Shown: piece by piece, positions 11,057 to 25,000 of the stretch
How the letters are laid out: every line of letters begins with the position of its first letter
How positions within the stretch are numbered: the first letter of the stretch is position 1
Assembly (NCBI GenBank): GCA_000004985.1
Contig: GG738913.1
Length of the DNA stretch: 64,000 bases
Direction: 5' to 3' (one strand)
Origin: Naegleria gruberi
Lineage: Eukaryota
Program-made: the position numbers and the translations under genes
The notes under the pieces: generated by a model
Databases searched by the model: none
What the model was told of the DNA's origin: nothing
Seen by the model: only the letters and a program-made list of their open reading frames with translations

Positions 11057-11358
11057 TTTTTTTAAATTATTGTAAAATCCATTATTGGTGAATGCGAAGT
11101 AATCTATTCGAAATAATATAGCCTGCATTGTAAATCATTGTAATTCATTTATTGTAAGCAAGAATATATTAAAATTATTACAAAAATTTTCTTAACCTTT
11201 CACTTGGCATCATGGGTTCAAAAATTCGTTTAAGGAATTTCCGATGAGATTTCATCAGATGTTAATAGATCGATTACATTGGATGATAGTAATTGATAGT
11301 AATTGTGTATGAACCGCCAAAGCTAAATGTCATTAAACATATTCAGAGATAAAAAAAA

Positions 11359-14300
11359 ATGTCAGCACTCAAACAAGTTAAAATTGCTGCCTTGTTGCTC
11401 AATCTCTTAATTATTAGTTGGTGTTTGAATGTTTTTGGAGCGATTAATAGGTTTTCTGCAACTCCAAAGATATTCAATTTTGGTGGAGGAAATACAAGTA
11501 GGTTTCTATTGAGCTTTCGAATTGGAAACTAATATCAAAAAGTTGGTGATGGTTCGGATGCTAGTTTAGCTGTTTTGCAATCACCATTATCTCTATTTAC
11601 TGACTCTTATGAAAGTGGAGGTGATTTATTTATTGTAGAATCGAATAGAATAAGAAGAATCTTTTCCTCCAATAATACAATTGTAACCATAGCAGGAAAT
11701 GGATATTCTGGCTATACAGGAGAAGGATATCTTGCTCTTGAATCTAGATTATCCACTCCTAGTTCTGTTTTTGTTAAATCCAATGAAATTTACTTTACCA
11801 CATTGGACAGAATTAGAAAAATTGATTCTAAAGGTTATGTCACAACAATTACAGGAAATGGAATTCAACAATTAGGTCAGAATGGTGTATTTGCCAATAT
11901 TTCTTCGGTAAATATACCTTCCTCCTTGATAGTTTCAGATGAAAATGAAATATTCTTTGCTGACACTTTCAATTATCAAATTAGGAAAATATCTGATGGA
12001 ATTATTTCAACAATTTGTGGAATTGGAGAAAGTGGATATGGTGGAGATGATCCAATATTAGCCGTAGATTCTCCGATTGGATTAGTCACAGGAATGGCTT
12101 TAGATTTTGAAAATCGACTCCTCTATTATGTTGATTATGATAATAGACGAATCAAAATGATTAATCTCAATGATGAAATGCTCTATACACATGTTGGCGC
12201 AGGCTCCTTATTTGATGATAATGCTAATCGAAATGAAACTCAATTATCTTCTCCACACTCAATTGCCTTCTCATCCTATTCGGGTGCTCTCTATTATTCT
12301 GAAATTGCTAGTAATTACTCAGTGATTAGACGAGTTTATCAAGATGTGGTCAATACGGTGGTTGGTTCTGGAAATTCTGGTTTCTCTGCTGATGGATCCT
12401 TTGCTACTATTGCACAAATTAACAAACCAAAAAGTATTTGCATTACCAGTGATGAGGATATCATTTTCATTGACAGTGGAAATAACAGAATACGAAAGGT
12501 GCTTCACTCCAATGAAACTTTGATAACCATTTCTGGACAGAATACTTCCTTCAAAGCACCTTTCACAACTCCCATTCAATACTCTCAATTATACAATCCA
12601 ACGAGGATAAAACTATATGAGAACAAGACAATCATCACCGAATCAACAATTGTAAGACAAGTGGTGAATGGAGTAATTTCAATTGTAGCAGGTGTATATG
12701 GTAGCTTTGGAGTTGCACAAGAAGGTGCTTTGGCAACAAGCTCCTATTTGAGCTTTCCTAGAAGTGCTGCATTAGATCTTAATGGCAATATTCTCATAGC
12801 TGATTTCAATAATGGTAAAATCAAATTAATTACCAATAGCAAATCGTACACCTTTGCTGGAAGTAAGGCGACCTTTGGTCAAGAAAATGTGATTGGAACG
12901 GCCACAAGATTGTATAATGGATGTGGTTTCTCCTACTATAATGGAGAATTCTATTGGAATGATAGTGGAAATTGCAGAGTTCTCAAATTGGGAACTGATG
13001 GAATAGTTAGAAGAATTGCTGGCATAACAGGTATATGTGGCTTTTCAGGGGATGGTGGTTTGGCCACCAATGCTCTAATGGGAGTTTCATGGGGATTGAG
13101 TGTCTCACCAAGTGGTGATATTTATGTTGCTGAATCTATTAATTCTAGAATAAGAAAGATTTCGAATGGTATCATTACAACTGTTGCTGGAACATCAGTG
13201 GCTGGATACAATGGAGATGATATTGCTGCCACAAGTGCAAGCCTTAATGGCCCTCCTGCAGTCTTTGCTACCAGCACTGCATACTATTTGGCTGATGCTG
13301 GAAACCGTAGAGTTAGAAAAGTTTCATACAGCACTGGAATAATTACAACCATTGCTGGAAATGGAGCTAGTGGATCTTCTGAGGAGAATATTAATGCCAC
13401 AAGTGCAATTATTGGTACAAGCTCCCCAAGAGCTCTTTGGGTTAGCAATGACGATTCTGTCTATTATGCAGATGTTTCAAATGGAAAGACAAGAGTTGTA
13501 ACTAATGGAATAGTTTCGACCATCGCTGGAACTGGAGTGTTGGGCTATTCAGGAGATGGTGGTTTGGCAACCAATGCCAATTTTAGATGGATATATGGCT
13601 TGTGGATGGTTGGTTCTGACTTATATATTGCTGACAGTACTAATAATGTTATAAGAAAGCTGTCGAATAATATTGTAACCACAGTGGCAGGAACTGGAAA
13701 TGCTAACTTCAATGGAGATGGTATACCAGCTCTCTCTGCAAATATTAACACTGCCAATCAAGTAATTATTCATCCACAAACATCTGAAATGTTCATTCTC
13801 TCATCAGATAGAATCAGAAAGGTCAACACCAATGGCACCATTTCCACAGTGGTTGGAGGTATTGGTGATGGGGCTCAGGCCATATATGCACTCATTAATC
13901 CAACAGATATTCATGTCACCAATAATGGTACAATCTATCTCACAGATTCATTAAATCATTGCATTAGAATGATTACAAGTGATGGAGTTATTTCACTTGT
14001 TGCTGGTTCTTACTATGGTGGTTTTGGAGGTGATAATGGACCTGCTGCTAACGCTGTTTTGAATAGTCCAGAATCTCTATTTGTAAATTCGAAGGGTGAA
14101 ATTTACGTTTCAGATACAGTCAACCATCGAGTAAGAAAAATTGATTTGAATGGAACCATTACCACAGTTGCTGGGAGTGGTTTGGCTGGTTTCTATGGAG
14201 ATGGTGGATTGGCTACAAATGCTAAATTGAGTTATCCTATGGGAATTTACGTATCCAAAAATGGTGACATTTATATTGCTGATTATGGCAATCATAGAAT

Positions 14301-17300
14301 TCGAAAGGTTTTCAGTAATGGAACAATCACCACTATAGCTGGAACTGGAAGCATAAATTATAATGGAGATATTCAGGAGGCAACTTTAACAACTCTTAAT
14401 TCACCAAGAGGAGTTTACATGTCACCAAATGAAGATGAAATTTACATTGCCGATTCGGGAAATAACTTGATTAGAAAAATCAAACTTGATTGTCCATCAG
14501 ATTATGAATTGGACAAGAGATTGGGAGAGTGTGTGCAAATTGTCAAGTGTTTTGGTATTTTGGCCACCGACAACTCAGTTTGTTCTGGAAATGGACAATG
14601 TGTCGATGGAAGCTGTATCTGTAACAACCAAACCTTTACAGGGCCTAACTGCTCTAGTATCACTTGTTTTGGAAAAGTACCTTCAGATTTGATGGTTTGT
14701 AGTGGAAATGGTCAATGCGTTACAGCAAATAATTGCTCATGCCTTTCTGGTTATGTTGGGAATGAATGTCAAGCGAATCTGAATCCATTCTCCATCGAAT
14801 TGTTGAGAAATGAAACTATTTCCAATAATTATAGTTATCAGATTAAGGATAATGGATTGAATATGACAAATTATTATTGGACATGCCAGAATTGGGATCC
14901 AAATATTTCAATTTCAACAAGTGGAAGGAATGCATTCGTAACTTTCAGTTCAGCTTACTCTAAAGTGTATCTGTTGTCGGTTTATGCTTCAATTCCCAAT
15001 TTCAGCCCATATCCTCCAAGAATTTCGAATACTATCCTGTTCACTATTATTTCCCCTAATGTTACCATTCAGCCAAGTTTCAATCAAACAACCAATGAAA
15101 CTCTACAAAATAACCAGACAGTGAACTCAAACCAAACAACAAACAATTCATCCATTCCCGTTCAAAATAATCAAACAATAGCAAACGAAACATCCACTAA
15201 TTCAAACAGTACTGATACCAAAAGCGTTAATATTTCAGGAAAGTTGGGAGTTTTTGGTCTTCCCTCGGTTTTGGTTTCAAAACAGATTGACGTTTCAGCA
15301 GTAATTTCTAATATTTCACTGAACCAAACTTCTATCAATTCGTTCCTATCATGCACTCCTAATTGTACATTAAAAATTTCATATGAATGGAAAATCAATA
15401 TTGATAACAACCAAGCAGCCAATCAAACTGGTTTTACCACTTCCATTTCTTTAGGTAATAATTTGATGAGCTTTAATCCACCAATTCAAATCCAATTCAG
15501 TACAAGTAATGTAAAAGGAGAGAAATTCACACTTTCCCTTGCCCTTTTTTCAAACAATGGAAATATTTCATCGAGTACAAGTATGGATATCGTTACCCCA
15601 GTCCAACCACCAACAGCATCTAATTCCACAACTTCAAAATCATCAAATTATTTAATGAGTGTCAATCCAGAGAAGGGAGTTGCCCTGAGTGACTCATTTT
15701 CAGTTAGTGTCGCATCATGGAATGCACCATCACAAATTCTTCCTCTCAAATATGCTATTGGATTTGTTTCTAATGGAAAGGACGTGAGATTTACAGATTA
15801 TGCACAAACTACTTTGTTCAATATTTACCTTCCTTACTTGATCCAACAATCCAGGGGTCAAGTTTCAGAAATTCAACTCTATCTCTATGTTATGGATGCA
15901 ATTGGAAATGTTGTAACATCTCCAACTGGACTCTCCATTTCAGTTTCTCCTTTTAATGGAACTTCTAGTGAATTGGTCCAAAAAATCAACGAGCTTGGCA
16001 CTACTTCACTAGTAGTTGCATCCTATGATAAATCCTATACAGTTCTCTCAAGTAGTGGAGGAAATTCAAGTGAGTTAGTGTATGAAATTGTGAAAAATAT
16101 TCAAATTGATCCAAAGAATCCAGAAACTGCCCTCACATCCATCACCAGTCTTACATCCACTACGAGTGTAATTAATGAAAATATTGTGAGTGAAGTAGCA
16201 AGTAAGATCACCTCGTTTGTTGATAATGTGAAAGATATCTATGCATACGAAAAGAGAGTATATGGATTTGTCAAAAGCAAGGTTTCACCTGACAATATTC
16301 TCTCTACTGTGACTATTACTTCCAACCTATTAGCAAGTGGAGTTGATAGCGAGAAAACTGTTGGCGTAGTTGATAATGTTGCCTCAATGGTATTGTTAGC
16401 AGAAATTCCAAAACTTCTCACAAGCTCTGAAAAGCTCCAATACATCTCATTCACAACTGGTATGGTGAATATTACAGTTTCTAGTTTCAAGATGACCTCT
16501 CCAATAGAGGGTAATCAACTAATCGAGGAGGAGAACAATAAGGTATCTGCAAATTTGACAAGTATCATGATGGAATATGGAACCTTAAATAAGGAGTGTG
16601 GTCTATCGATGGTCTCCTACACAAAGAACATGAAGTTTGACAATTACACATCAAATACTATTCATGCTTCGAGTATTAACGATTTCAAATTCATTCAAGA
16701 GCAAAATATTGTACGACTCGATAATCTCGAGCATCCAATTGTGCTATCATTCAAATTATCTCATATTCCACAACAAAACAGTTCAGTAAATTCCACATTC
16801 TCCTGCAGATATTGGGATGAAACTAATAAGATATGGAGCGATAGAGGTTGTCAACTTTCCAATATTGACCTGAATGCTGGCACAGTAGAATGTTCATGCA
16901 GCCATACTACAATGTTCACAACATTTGTAGAACAAAAGACTACCAGTATTATGATAGCAATGAAAGAAGAAGTTGCAACATTATATTTTGTACAAATAGC
17001 TCTTGGTGCTGTTTATACTATTGTTGCTTTGGTAATTATTACTGGTTTGATAATATTGAGAAAGGAGCAACCAGTAACAAGTAGACTTATCACCCCATAT
17101 GTAGGAATGGTGGCTCTCATTGCAGAGAGTGTGTTGATTTACATTGTCCAAAGAAGTGTCCTTGTGAGTCAGCTCCTTTCCACAACAGATCCCAAAGTAT
17201 GGGAAGTTGGTGATAATGCTGCCAATATTATTGCAAACAGTGTTGCCATTGTTGTGAATACTTTGAATTTGACTGCTACATTGTGCTATGTGATGCAAGT

Positions 17301-18732
17301 TTCCAGATTCCAATTCCTTAAACATTTGTACAAGCTCTTGTCCGATAATAGATCAGATATGGCAAAGAATGCCAAGATTTTGAAAGTCCTCAAATTGATA
17401 ACCTCTCAGAAAATATTCTTTTCAATTATTGCAATCTTTGCCGTGTTGAATGTTTGTTTCTGGACTCTTTGGGTTGTTCTAGTAAGGACACAAGTCATTG
17501 ATGCCTCTACCTATACCTATATTGTATCATCTTGTTACATTACTTGTATTCTCTTCTTTGGAGCAGTTATTTGCATTGTAGCCATTGCTGATTGGATTAT
17601 TTCCACCAAGAAACACGTAACAGCAGGTCAGGAAAGAAAGAGAAAGACTGTCAGTTTCACCACTCTCAGCTCTGAACCACGAGAATCCATCAAGAAGCGA
17701 CTCTTCTCTCCAAAACAACTCTACGAATGGTTAATTCAAGTTGATGAACCACTCTATTTCCGATTCGAAATGCTCCTCTACATGATTTGCTTTGTCTTCC
17801 AAGTGTTAAATCTTGCCATTGGCTCCTCCAGTCTTTCCTACCGATATGCTGACTTGGATTCATACAAGAAAGCACTTGCTCTCGATGGAATCTCCTTCAT
17901 CTTTGAAGTACTCTATGTGGTGAGTTACTTGTTTGTGTTTGGTGGTTTTGCTCTCTTGATTGCCATATTGTACAAGTACAAGAAGAAGAAACAACATGAT
18001 GAAGCCTCTACTTTTCTCATCAACAAATTGAATGGTGGCAACAATAACAAGGTCGACGAAGGAATCATGAGTGAGGAGATGAGGGATGTGCTAGATAAGA
18101 ACGAAGGCTATCTATTATTCGAAGCCTTCTGTGAGAAGGAATTCTCTCTAGAAAACCTCTACTTGTACTCTGACTTGAAAGCCAATGAAACCATCACCAA
18201 AGGAAGACAATTCACCAACCTAACAACCTTCATGAGATTCATCTTTAATAACTACATCCGAACAGGAAGCACCACAGAAGTGAATATACCAGCCAAGTGT
18301 AGGAATAACTTTTTACTTGTCTATAAGAATGTAGCATCAAGTAGTGAACATATGCAACAACAATTGGGAATTGCTGAGAAGGTGAGTAGGAGTGAGGTGG
18401 AAAGACTCGATAGGAATCTACAGGTGGTTATCAAGAATGATCAAGTAGCTACTTTATCAACTAAAACAACAACTACAACTTCTACTAATGAACAACAACA
18501 ACAAGAAGGAAATATCAAATCTTCATCGCCAGTAGCTGCTGTAGAAAATGTTGATCATGTGGTGGAGGGTGTTGTTTCTGCCTTTGAATTCCTCTACAAG
18601 CAAACATTGGTTAATTTGGGTGATACCTTCTCTCGATTTGTCTTTACGAGTGAATACAAGGAATATTTGGCTTCATTGGAGGCTCAGAAGGTTGTTACGG
18701 TGGAAATTATTGCTGCCTACGGAGATGTTTAA
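11359..18732 (+). CDS. Giant adhesion-GPCR-like receptor of about 2440 aa: signal peptide, about 20 NHL repeats, EGF-like Cys modules, Ser/Thr/Asn-rich stalk, GAIN/GPS motif, 7TM, C-terminal RGS domain.
   Basis: Exon 1 is 11359..11497 (MSALKQVKIAALLLNLLIISWCLNVFG signal peptide). A 45-nt intron at 11498..11542 (GTAGGT..AG) preserves phase. Exon 2 is 11543..18732. NHL motifs (YxADxxNxRIRKI) repeat throughout aa 50-950. EGF-like CxxxxxCSGNGQCV appears twice. The GPS motif is CRYWDETNKIWSDRGCQLSNIDLNAGTVECSCSHTTMFTTF. Seven hydrophobic helices follow. The RGS core is LLFEAFCEKEFSLENLYLYSDL...FIFNNYIRTGSTTEVNIPAKCR. Confidence 0.6.
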
Positions 18733-19003
18733 TCATGTTGTTTGTCATTATGTGATGAAAAGCCTTGAAAAATTTGAGATGAAGATTTTCAGACCATTTT
18801 TTGTGAAAATAAAATTTTTATTATTGTTTTAAATTTGATGTAACGGATTAATTAATCTGTATTACAAAATCTTGACAATTTCAAAGCAAGTAGGCCAATT
18901 ATGTTTCCATTTAGGAAATTCAAGGAAAATTGTACATTCTAATTTTCCGAAATTAATTCGACGCCATACTAAAGACAAGCTCTAAAATGGTGATGGAAAT
19001 TTC

Positions 19004-19351
19004 ATGCATTCTATTCAAATCATTTGTTTGGCCATATTGAAAAAAATGCATTTAAATCTCTTGAGTGTTTCAGTTCCTTTGATTTGTGGTCTTTTATCGT
19101 TTGTTTTATTTCCTGTAACATCTGACAGTTTGAAACCCTTCTTGATAATTGGAATATTGCAGTGTTTTGCATTTGTAGCTTTGTTTGTGGTTGATGTAGT
19201 AACTTGTTTTTGGAAGGATTTTGTGTTGGTTGGATTTATTTTTGCAGTGGGACTTGCTTTGTTTTATAGAAATGATATTTGTTTGATGAGTGACAGGAAT
19301 GCATTGCTTTCGGGATGGTGTCATATTTGTCTTTCTCAAGGATTTTACTAG
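19004..19351 (+). CDS. Small 3-4 TM hypothetical protein (115 aa).
   Basis: ORF with three or four hydrophobic helices. No homology recognised. Could be a non-coding chance ORF. Confidence 0.25.
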   Translation: MHSIQIICLAILKKMHLNLLSVSVPLICGLLSFVLFPVTSDSLKPFLIIGILQCFAFVALFVVDVVTCFWKDFVLVGFIFAVGLALFYRNDICLMSDRNALLSGWCHICLSQGFY

Positions 19352-19417
19352 AAATATTTCAATATTCCTTGATGGATTAATTAATGCTAGAAATTATTTA
19401 TTGAAATATTGAAGAAA

Positions 19418-20825
19418 TTATTGAGCTGGTTTATTTGATCTTAGAGGAGACTTGGAAGCTGTAGTTGTCTTTCTAACACCCAAAACTGAGGAAGGTGTTG
19501 AACCAGTTGATCTCTTTGTTGGTGAGCTTGCTTTGGTTGTTGTAGTTGTTGTCGAAGACTTTTTAGTTGGAGAAGAGGATGGTGACCTAGTGACTGATGT
19601 TGGTTTCTTTACTCCCAAACTTGAGGATGGAGTTGTTGTAGTTCTTGTTTTGGTTGGTGAGACAGATTTGGTGACTGTTTTAGAGACTGTTGGTTGACTT
19701 GATACAGTTGTGGTAGGCTTGGTTGTTGCAGTAGTTGACGAACAAGAGCTACCTTCCTTTGCAATTAAATTCTTAATTGCTGTTTCCAATTCCTTTTGGC
19801 TAAATCCTTCAAGACGCTTTGATTCCTTTCCATGGTGGAAGAGCTTGAACGTTGGTAAGCAGCTAATACGTTCCTTAGAAGTGATAGAGTAGAGTTTTGA
19901 TGTATCTACTTTGATAAATTTAACTTTTTGATTACTGAAAGCTAATTTGCTGTATGGAGTTGCACAAGCAACACAAGCTCCACAATTATCTCCATAATAA
20001 TCTGCAACAACTAGAGAATTATCCTTGAGTACGTGATTATATTCCTCCTCACTCTTGACATAGGTAACAAATTCATCACTCGATCCAGCCAACATGTCCT
20101 TCTTCAAATATTCCTCAGATGGAGAATCAAAGTGTAATAAGCATTCCTCCATTTCATAAGAAGATCCACCAATTACAGTTTCCTTCATTTTTCCATTGTA
20201 GAAAAAGACAAATGTTGGCATTGCATGAACATCACATTTAGACATGATCTTTCTATGTTCATCCACATTGACTTTCATAAAGGTGACATCTGTATGTTTG
20301 GCAGCTAAACTCTCAACATATGGAGTGATAGCCTTACAAGGACTATTAAAGGTACATTAATAAAAAGGAAAGTCAAACAGAAACATACCCACACCAATCA
20401 GCATAGAAATCAACTACAACTTTGGTTTTAGATTTGATTGTATCATCAAAATCTTTTTCCTTAACAATATGAAGGATTCCATTTTCGTAAAATGGTGGTT
20501 CAAGTTGCTTTGCTAACATGTCAGCATTTCTTGATACAATGGATTCACAAAGACCATCCAACTTTTGAACAACTTCTCCTTGGGAAATAAAGAGAAAGGT
20601 CGGAAGACACTTGGCTCCATATTCATCAGCAATGCCACTAAAATTATTAATATCCACCTTAGCAAAATTAACCTTTGGTTTTTCAGAGGCCAATCCCTCA
20701 TAATTAGCATCATAGTCTCTGCAAACACCACAATAAGGTGATGAAAAGTAAACTACAACTGATGGATTTTTAGCGATCAAACTACGAAACTCTTCTTCGG
20801 ATTGAATCTTTGTAAAATTGGTCAT
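19418..20825 (-). CDS. Multi-thioredoxin-domain protein with three TRX-like domains (CGVC, WCGPC and CGAC) and a C-terminal Ser/Thr/Pro-rich mucin-like tail.
   Basis: Exon 1 is 20825..20389, starting MTNFTKIQ at an aaATG and ending DFYADWCG in phase 2. A 46-nt intron lies at 20388..20343 (GTATGT..TAG). Exon 2 is 20342..19418 and completes WCG-PCKA. Classic thioredoxin motifs. The tail is TTATTKPTTTVSSQPTVSKTVTKSVSPTKTRTTTTPSSS. Confidence 0.6.
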
Positions 20826-21140
20826 TTCTATTGATTTATTACTCTCTATAGATTTTAATATACAACAATGCAGTATTAGAAAAAAGATCAAAAAATCGTT
20901 CCTTCCAATGTCTTGCTATTTTTTTTGATGATTAAGGGGAGATAAGGCTCAGAGAGAATGAACTTTAAAATTTACAGAAAAAAAAAGTTCATCTCATCAT
21001 TCGCCATCATCATTAATTTATTCATTTATTTTAATTATAAATGATGAAGTAATAATATTAGTTTTTATGATCGGGATGTATTGGAATTTATTTGCTTAAT
21101 GAGATTATTTACAATAAGAGTAGTAACTTTTCTCTTGAAT

Positions 21141-21728
21141 TTAAACTTGTTGATTTTGTTGAAGAGTTGGATAATGAACACCAATTGGATTGGTTGTGTT
21201 ATAAACAACAGGAACTTGAGTAATGTATTGAGAAGGCATGACTTCTTCCTCTCTCAACATTTGATGAGAGTCTTGCTTTTGAATTGTAATGGAATATCCC
21301 TTCTTCTTCAAAATGATAAAAGTAATTCCAGCTCCACAGGCAAATGTCAAGGAAATCATTGAAATGAGACAACCCAAGAATGTGAAAATCATACCGAATG
21401 GGAATCCACGACGACGACCACGTTGATTTGATTCTCCATCACGATTGTTGTTATCATTATTTTGGTCTTGAGCTGATTCAGGATGCTTATTTCCTTGTTG
21501 TTGACCTTGTTGCTTTCCATCTTGTTGTTTCTTTGGTGGTTTGTTTTGATGGTTTGGAGGCATATTCTTATTAGAATCAGAACCAGATTGTTCATCAGGT
21601 CTTGGTGGCTTACCACCAGAAGGCATTGGTGGTCTTGGTTTGTTATTAGAATCTTGATTTTCTTGAGCGAAAGCAAAAGTCAAAATGAGCAAGAATGCAA
21701 TAGCAAGGAGAAGAAATTGTCTAGACAT
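21141..21728 (-). CDS. Small secreted, membrane-anchored Pro/Gln/Asn-rich protein (195 aa).
   Basis: N-terminal signal peptide MSRQFLLLAIAFLLILTFAFA. Low-complexity PRPPMPSGGKPPRP / QQQGQQQG region. C-terminal TM helix (IFTFLGCLISMISLTFACGAGITFIIL). Confidence 0.4.
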   Translation of the reverse strand: MSRQFLLLAIAFLLILTFAFAQENQDSNNKPRPPMPSGGKPPRPDEQSGSDSNKNMPPNHQNKPPKKQQDGKQQGQQQGNKHPESAQDQNNDNNNRDGESNQRGRRRGFPFGMIFTFLGCLISMISLTFACGAGITFIILKKKGYSITIQKQDSHQMLREEEVMPSQYITQVPVVYNTTNPIGVHYPTLQQNQQV

Positions 21729-22052
21729 GTTGTTGATTCTTTTTGTTTTGTTGATTGAAAGATATTACATGTTCAGATTTTGAATTTATAGCTCTGAAAT
21801 TGGAACTGCTCGTCCGAACTGTCACCAAATGTCACTTCGTTCCAAATAGATGAAGTACTTTGGATTGCGGATTTAGAGTTCCTGTGAATGTTCCATTCAG
21901 TGGAAGATGTTCAGTTGATGAAATAGTTGTTCCTCCTCCAGATTTCAATAAATTTTATATTTTATTTATTATTTTGATGGATGGCAATAACGAAATAGTT
22001 GAATGAAGTAAGGGAATTGTAAATGGGTTAAAGTTTTATTTTATTATGTACA

Positions 22053-25000
22053 TTATTTATCATTACTTGGACTGACAGGAGTGGCAGCAGTGACACCAAT
22101 AGAACCAAAGCCACCAACATCAATCTTCAAGAAGGATTTACTCTTCTTATCGTCATTTTCCAATCTCTTTTCAATCCATCCAATAATTTCAGTATTATCA
22201 CTTTGAATGGCAAGTTGTAAAGCTTGTTCAAGTGAGACAGCTCCAATTTCACACAAATACTTGACAACATTCAATTGAACACGTTTGATGGCCATTTCCA
22301 AAGGTGAAACTCCATTCAATGTCTTGATAGCACTAATGTCAACTTTCAATGGTGAATCAGCTGCTGGAGCGAATTTACCATGGTAATTTCCATTTTCAAC
22401 TAATAATTTAACAACGTTTGGATGTCCATAACCAGCTGCAAAGTGGAGTGGAGTCAATTGTTTGTCTTCTCTTGTGTTGATGACTACTGAACAGTCACAA
22501 CCCTTTTCAATGAGATATTGAGCACAGTCAACTCTGCCACTGATAGCACACAAGATAATTGGTCTCATTTGCAAGTCGTGTCTAGATTGATCAACTGAAA
22601 CATTGTACTTTTCAACAAGCAACTTGACAGCATCCAAATTACCATTCTTAGTAGCAGCATGAATTGGTGGATAGGAATTTTCAGTGTACGATTCTTCATA
22701 ACTTCCACAAGGATCCAATTTAACTTCATCAATCAAATATTCAATAACACTGACATTTCCTCCATAAGCAGCAGCTGAAAGAATTGTTTCGGCTCCCTCT
22801 GTAACAGCACCACTGTTAGCACCCTTTTCAATGAGCTTCTTGACAAGCTCAACTTGAGAATTTTGAGCAGCAAAATAAAGTAATGATTGACCCAAACTAT
22901 TGGAGAAGTTCAAAATGTTTTCCTCAGATGGGTTTTCAAGAGCTGTTTGAACAATCTTGGCACCGACGTGTCCTGGCAAATCCTTACATTGAACAGCAAG
23001 GAAAATTGGTAAATCCTTTCCACCAGAACGCTTTTGACAGTCAACTCCATGGTCAACCAAGAAAGAAGCAGCAGGTGGGCAGTGCAACATGCAATTGTGG
23101 AGAGCAGTATATTCTACAGAGTCAGCAGCACGTTTTTCACTTTCATTGACAAGATTGGTCAATTCTTCACTTGTCAACAAGTTAGCATTCAAAATTAATG
23201 GAATGGCATTCATGTTCTTTGCTCTGATAGCCAAATGCAAGAAGGTTGATGAAGAGTGCATTCCAGAAACAGTGCTACCAATATCGAAACGAGAGAGGGC
23301 AAACTTTGGAACTTTGGAGAAGAGAGTCTTCAAGATGACTTGACATTTTTCCAAACAGAATTCATCATGGAATTGAATTCCAGAAATTACAAATTCAATC
23401 AAGAGATTTCTCAAATTTTCCTTCACTTCACCATCAGAATTATCATCAGATGGTGGAGCAATGAATTCAGAAGCCAATTCTTGTAAGTGGGTTTCAATGG
23501 CTTCAGTAGTGACCAATCCAATAGATCCTGTTTGAGTATTATCACCAATGATACTCTTTCCAATTGAAAGCCACTTGGTCACGAGTGGATTATTATTAAT
23601 GGTGAAGAGAACAGATTGATTTGCTGTTGAGCTAGTTGGAGCCAATGGATTGGAAGGTGCATTCTTGTAACCTGGAGTGGCTAATCTTTCATTGAAAGAG
23701 TTCAACAAGGTAGCATTCATCAACTTTCTAGTATTTGAACCAATCAATGAAACCAACATTGCAAATGGACTCATCTTGCCATACTTTTTCAATTCTTCCA
23801 ATTTAATATTACCATACTTGGAAGCTTCACTTTCTGTAATCTTGTCAACATTTCGTTTAGTTCTAAAGAACAAATTACCACCTCCTCTCTTGAGCAAAAT
23901 CTCCAACATTCTTCCATTTTGATTGTAAATGGCATAGTGCATTGGTGTCCAACCAGCATCATTCTCAACATCAACTTGAGCATCTTCATAAACCAATTTT
24001 GTAACCAAATCAAATTCATTTTCACGAGCACACAAATTCAATGCAGTAAATCCACCATTCTTATCAATTTGATTAATGTTAATCTTACTTTCCTTCTTCT
24101 TTTCCAAGATCATACTCAATAATTCTTCACGTGGTTTCAATTGACCTCCAGAACGTGGTGAAATGCCACGAGGAGACATTCCTCCAGATCTAGGTGAAAT
24201 GGATGAACTAAATTCAGCTGTACCAGAAGTATTTAAACTCAATCCAGGAATATCACTTGCAAGTGTTGAGCTAGCAGTTGCTGTCGAAGAATTTTTACTG
24301 TCAGCAAGTGTCAAATCTCTTGAAATGGCAATGAAATGCAAAGCAGTTTGATCCAAACGATTCTTCTTATTAAAATCAACCCCATTATCCAACAAGAACT
24401 TGGTCAATTTCAAATCCTGATTCTTCACAGCAATATGCAATAAAGAATCCTTGTCAACATAACCCATTTGTGTCAATTGTCTAATTTCTTCACTTGTCAA
24501 ATATTGTTCATCTTCTTCATCATCTGATAAATCTTCTTCTCTCAATCCAGGAGCAATTGTCATTCCTCTTGATGAAGGAGTTTTTGGAGTATCTTCTTTC
24601 GAATAATGTAAATAAGCTAATTTCGAATATTCTCCATTACCAATCAAACTACGAACGTCAGTAAAGGAATGTTGTTCGATCAATTTTACAACTTTGAGAT
24701 GAAGTTGAGTTTGAGAAGATTTCAATTCGTCAATTACGTTTTCAATGGCGTTCATCCATTCTTTACGTTGTTCTTGATTTTCGGCTGAGAACCAATAGGT
24801 GAAAGTGGTTGGGGAGTCTTCAGATTGGTTATTTGATCCTTCCTCATTGGAAGGAGCTGTTGTTTTTAAACCAAAGGTGTTTTCTATTGTTATTCGAAAG
24901 TAAAATTAATATTCGAAAAAAGGTAAAATGATCGAATAATGTGATGATTACTTACGGAAACCTTTGTGATTTTCAATATCTACAATAGTAGAAAAACGAG

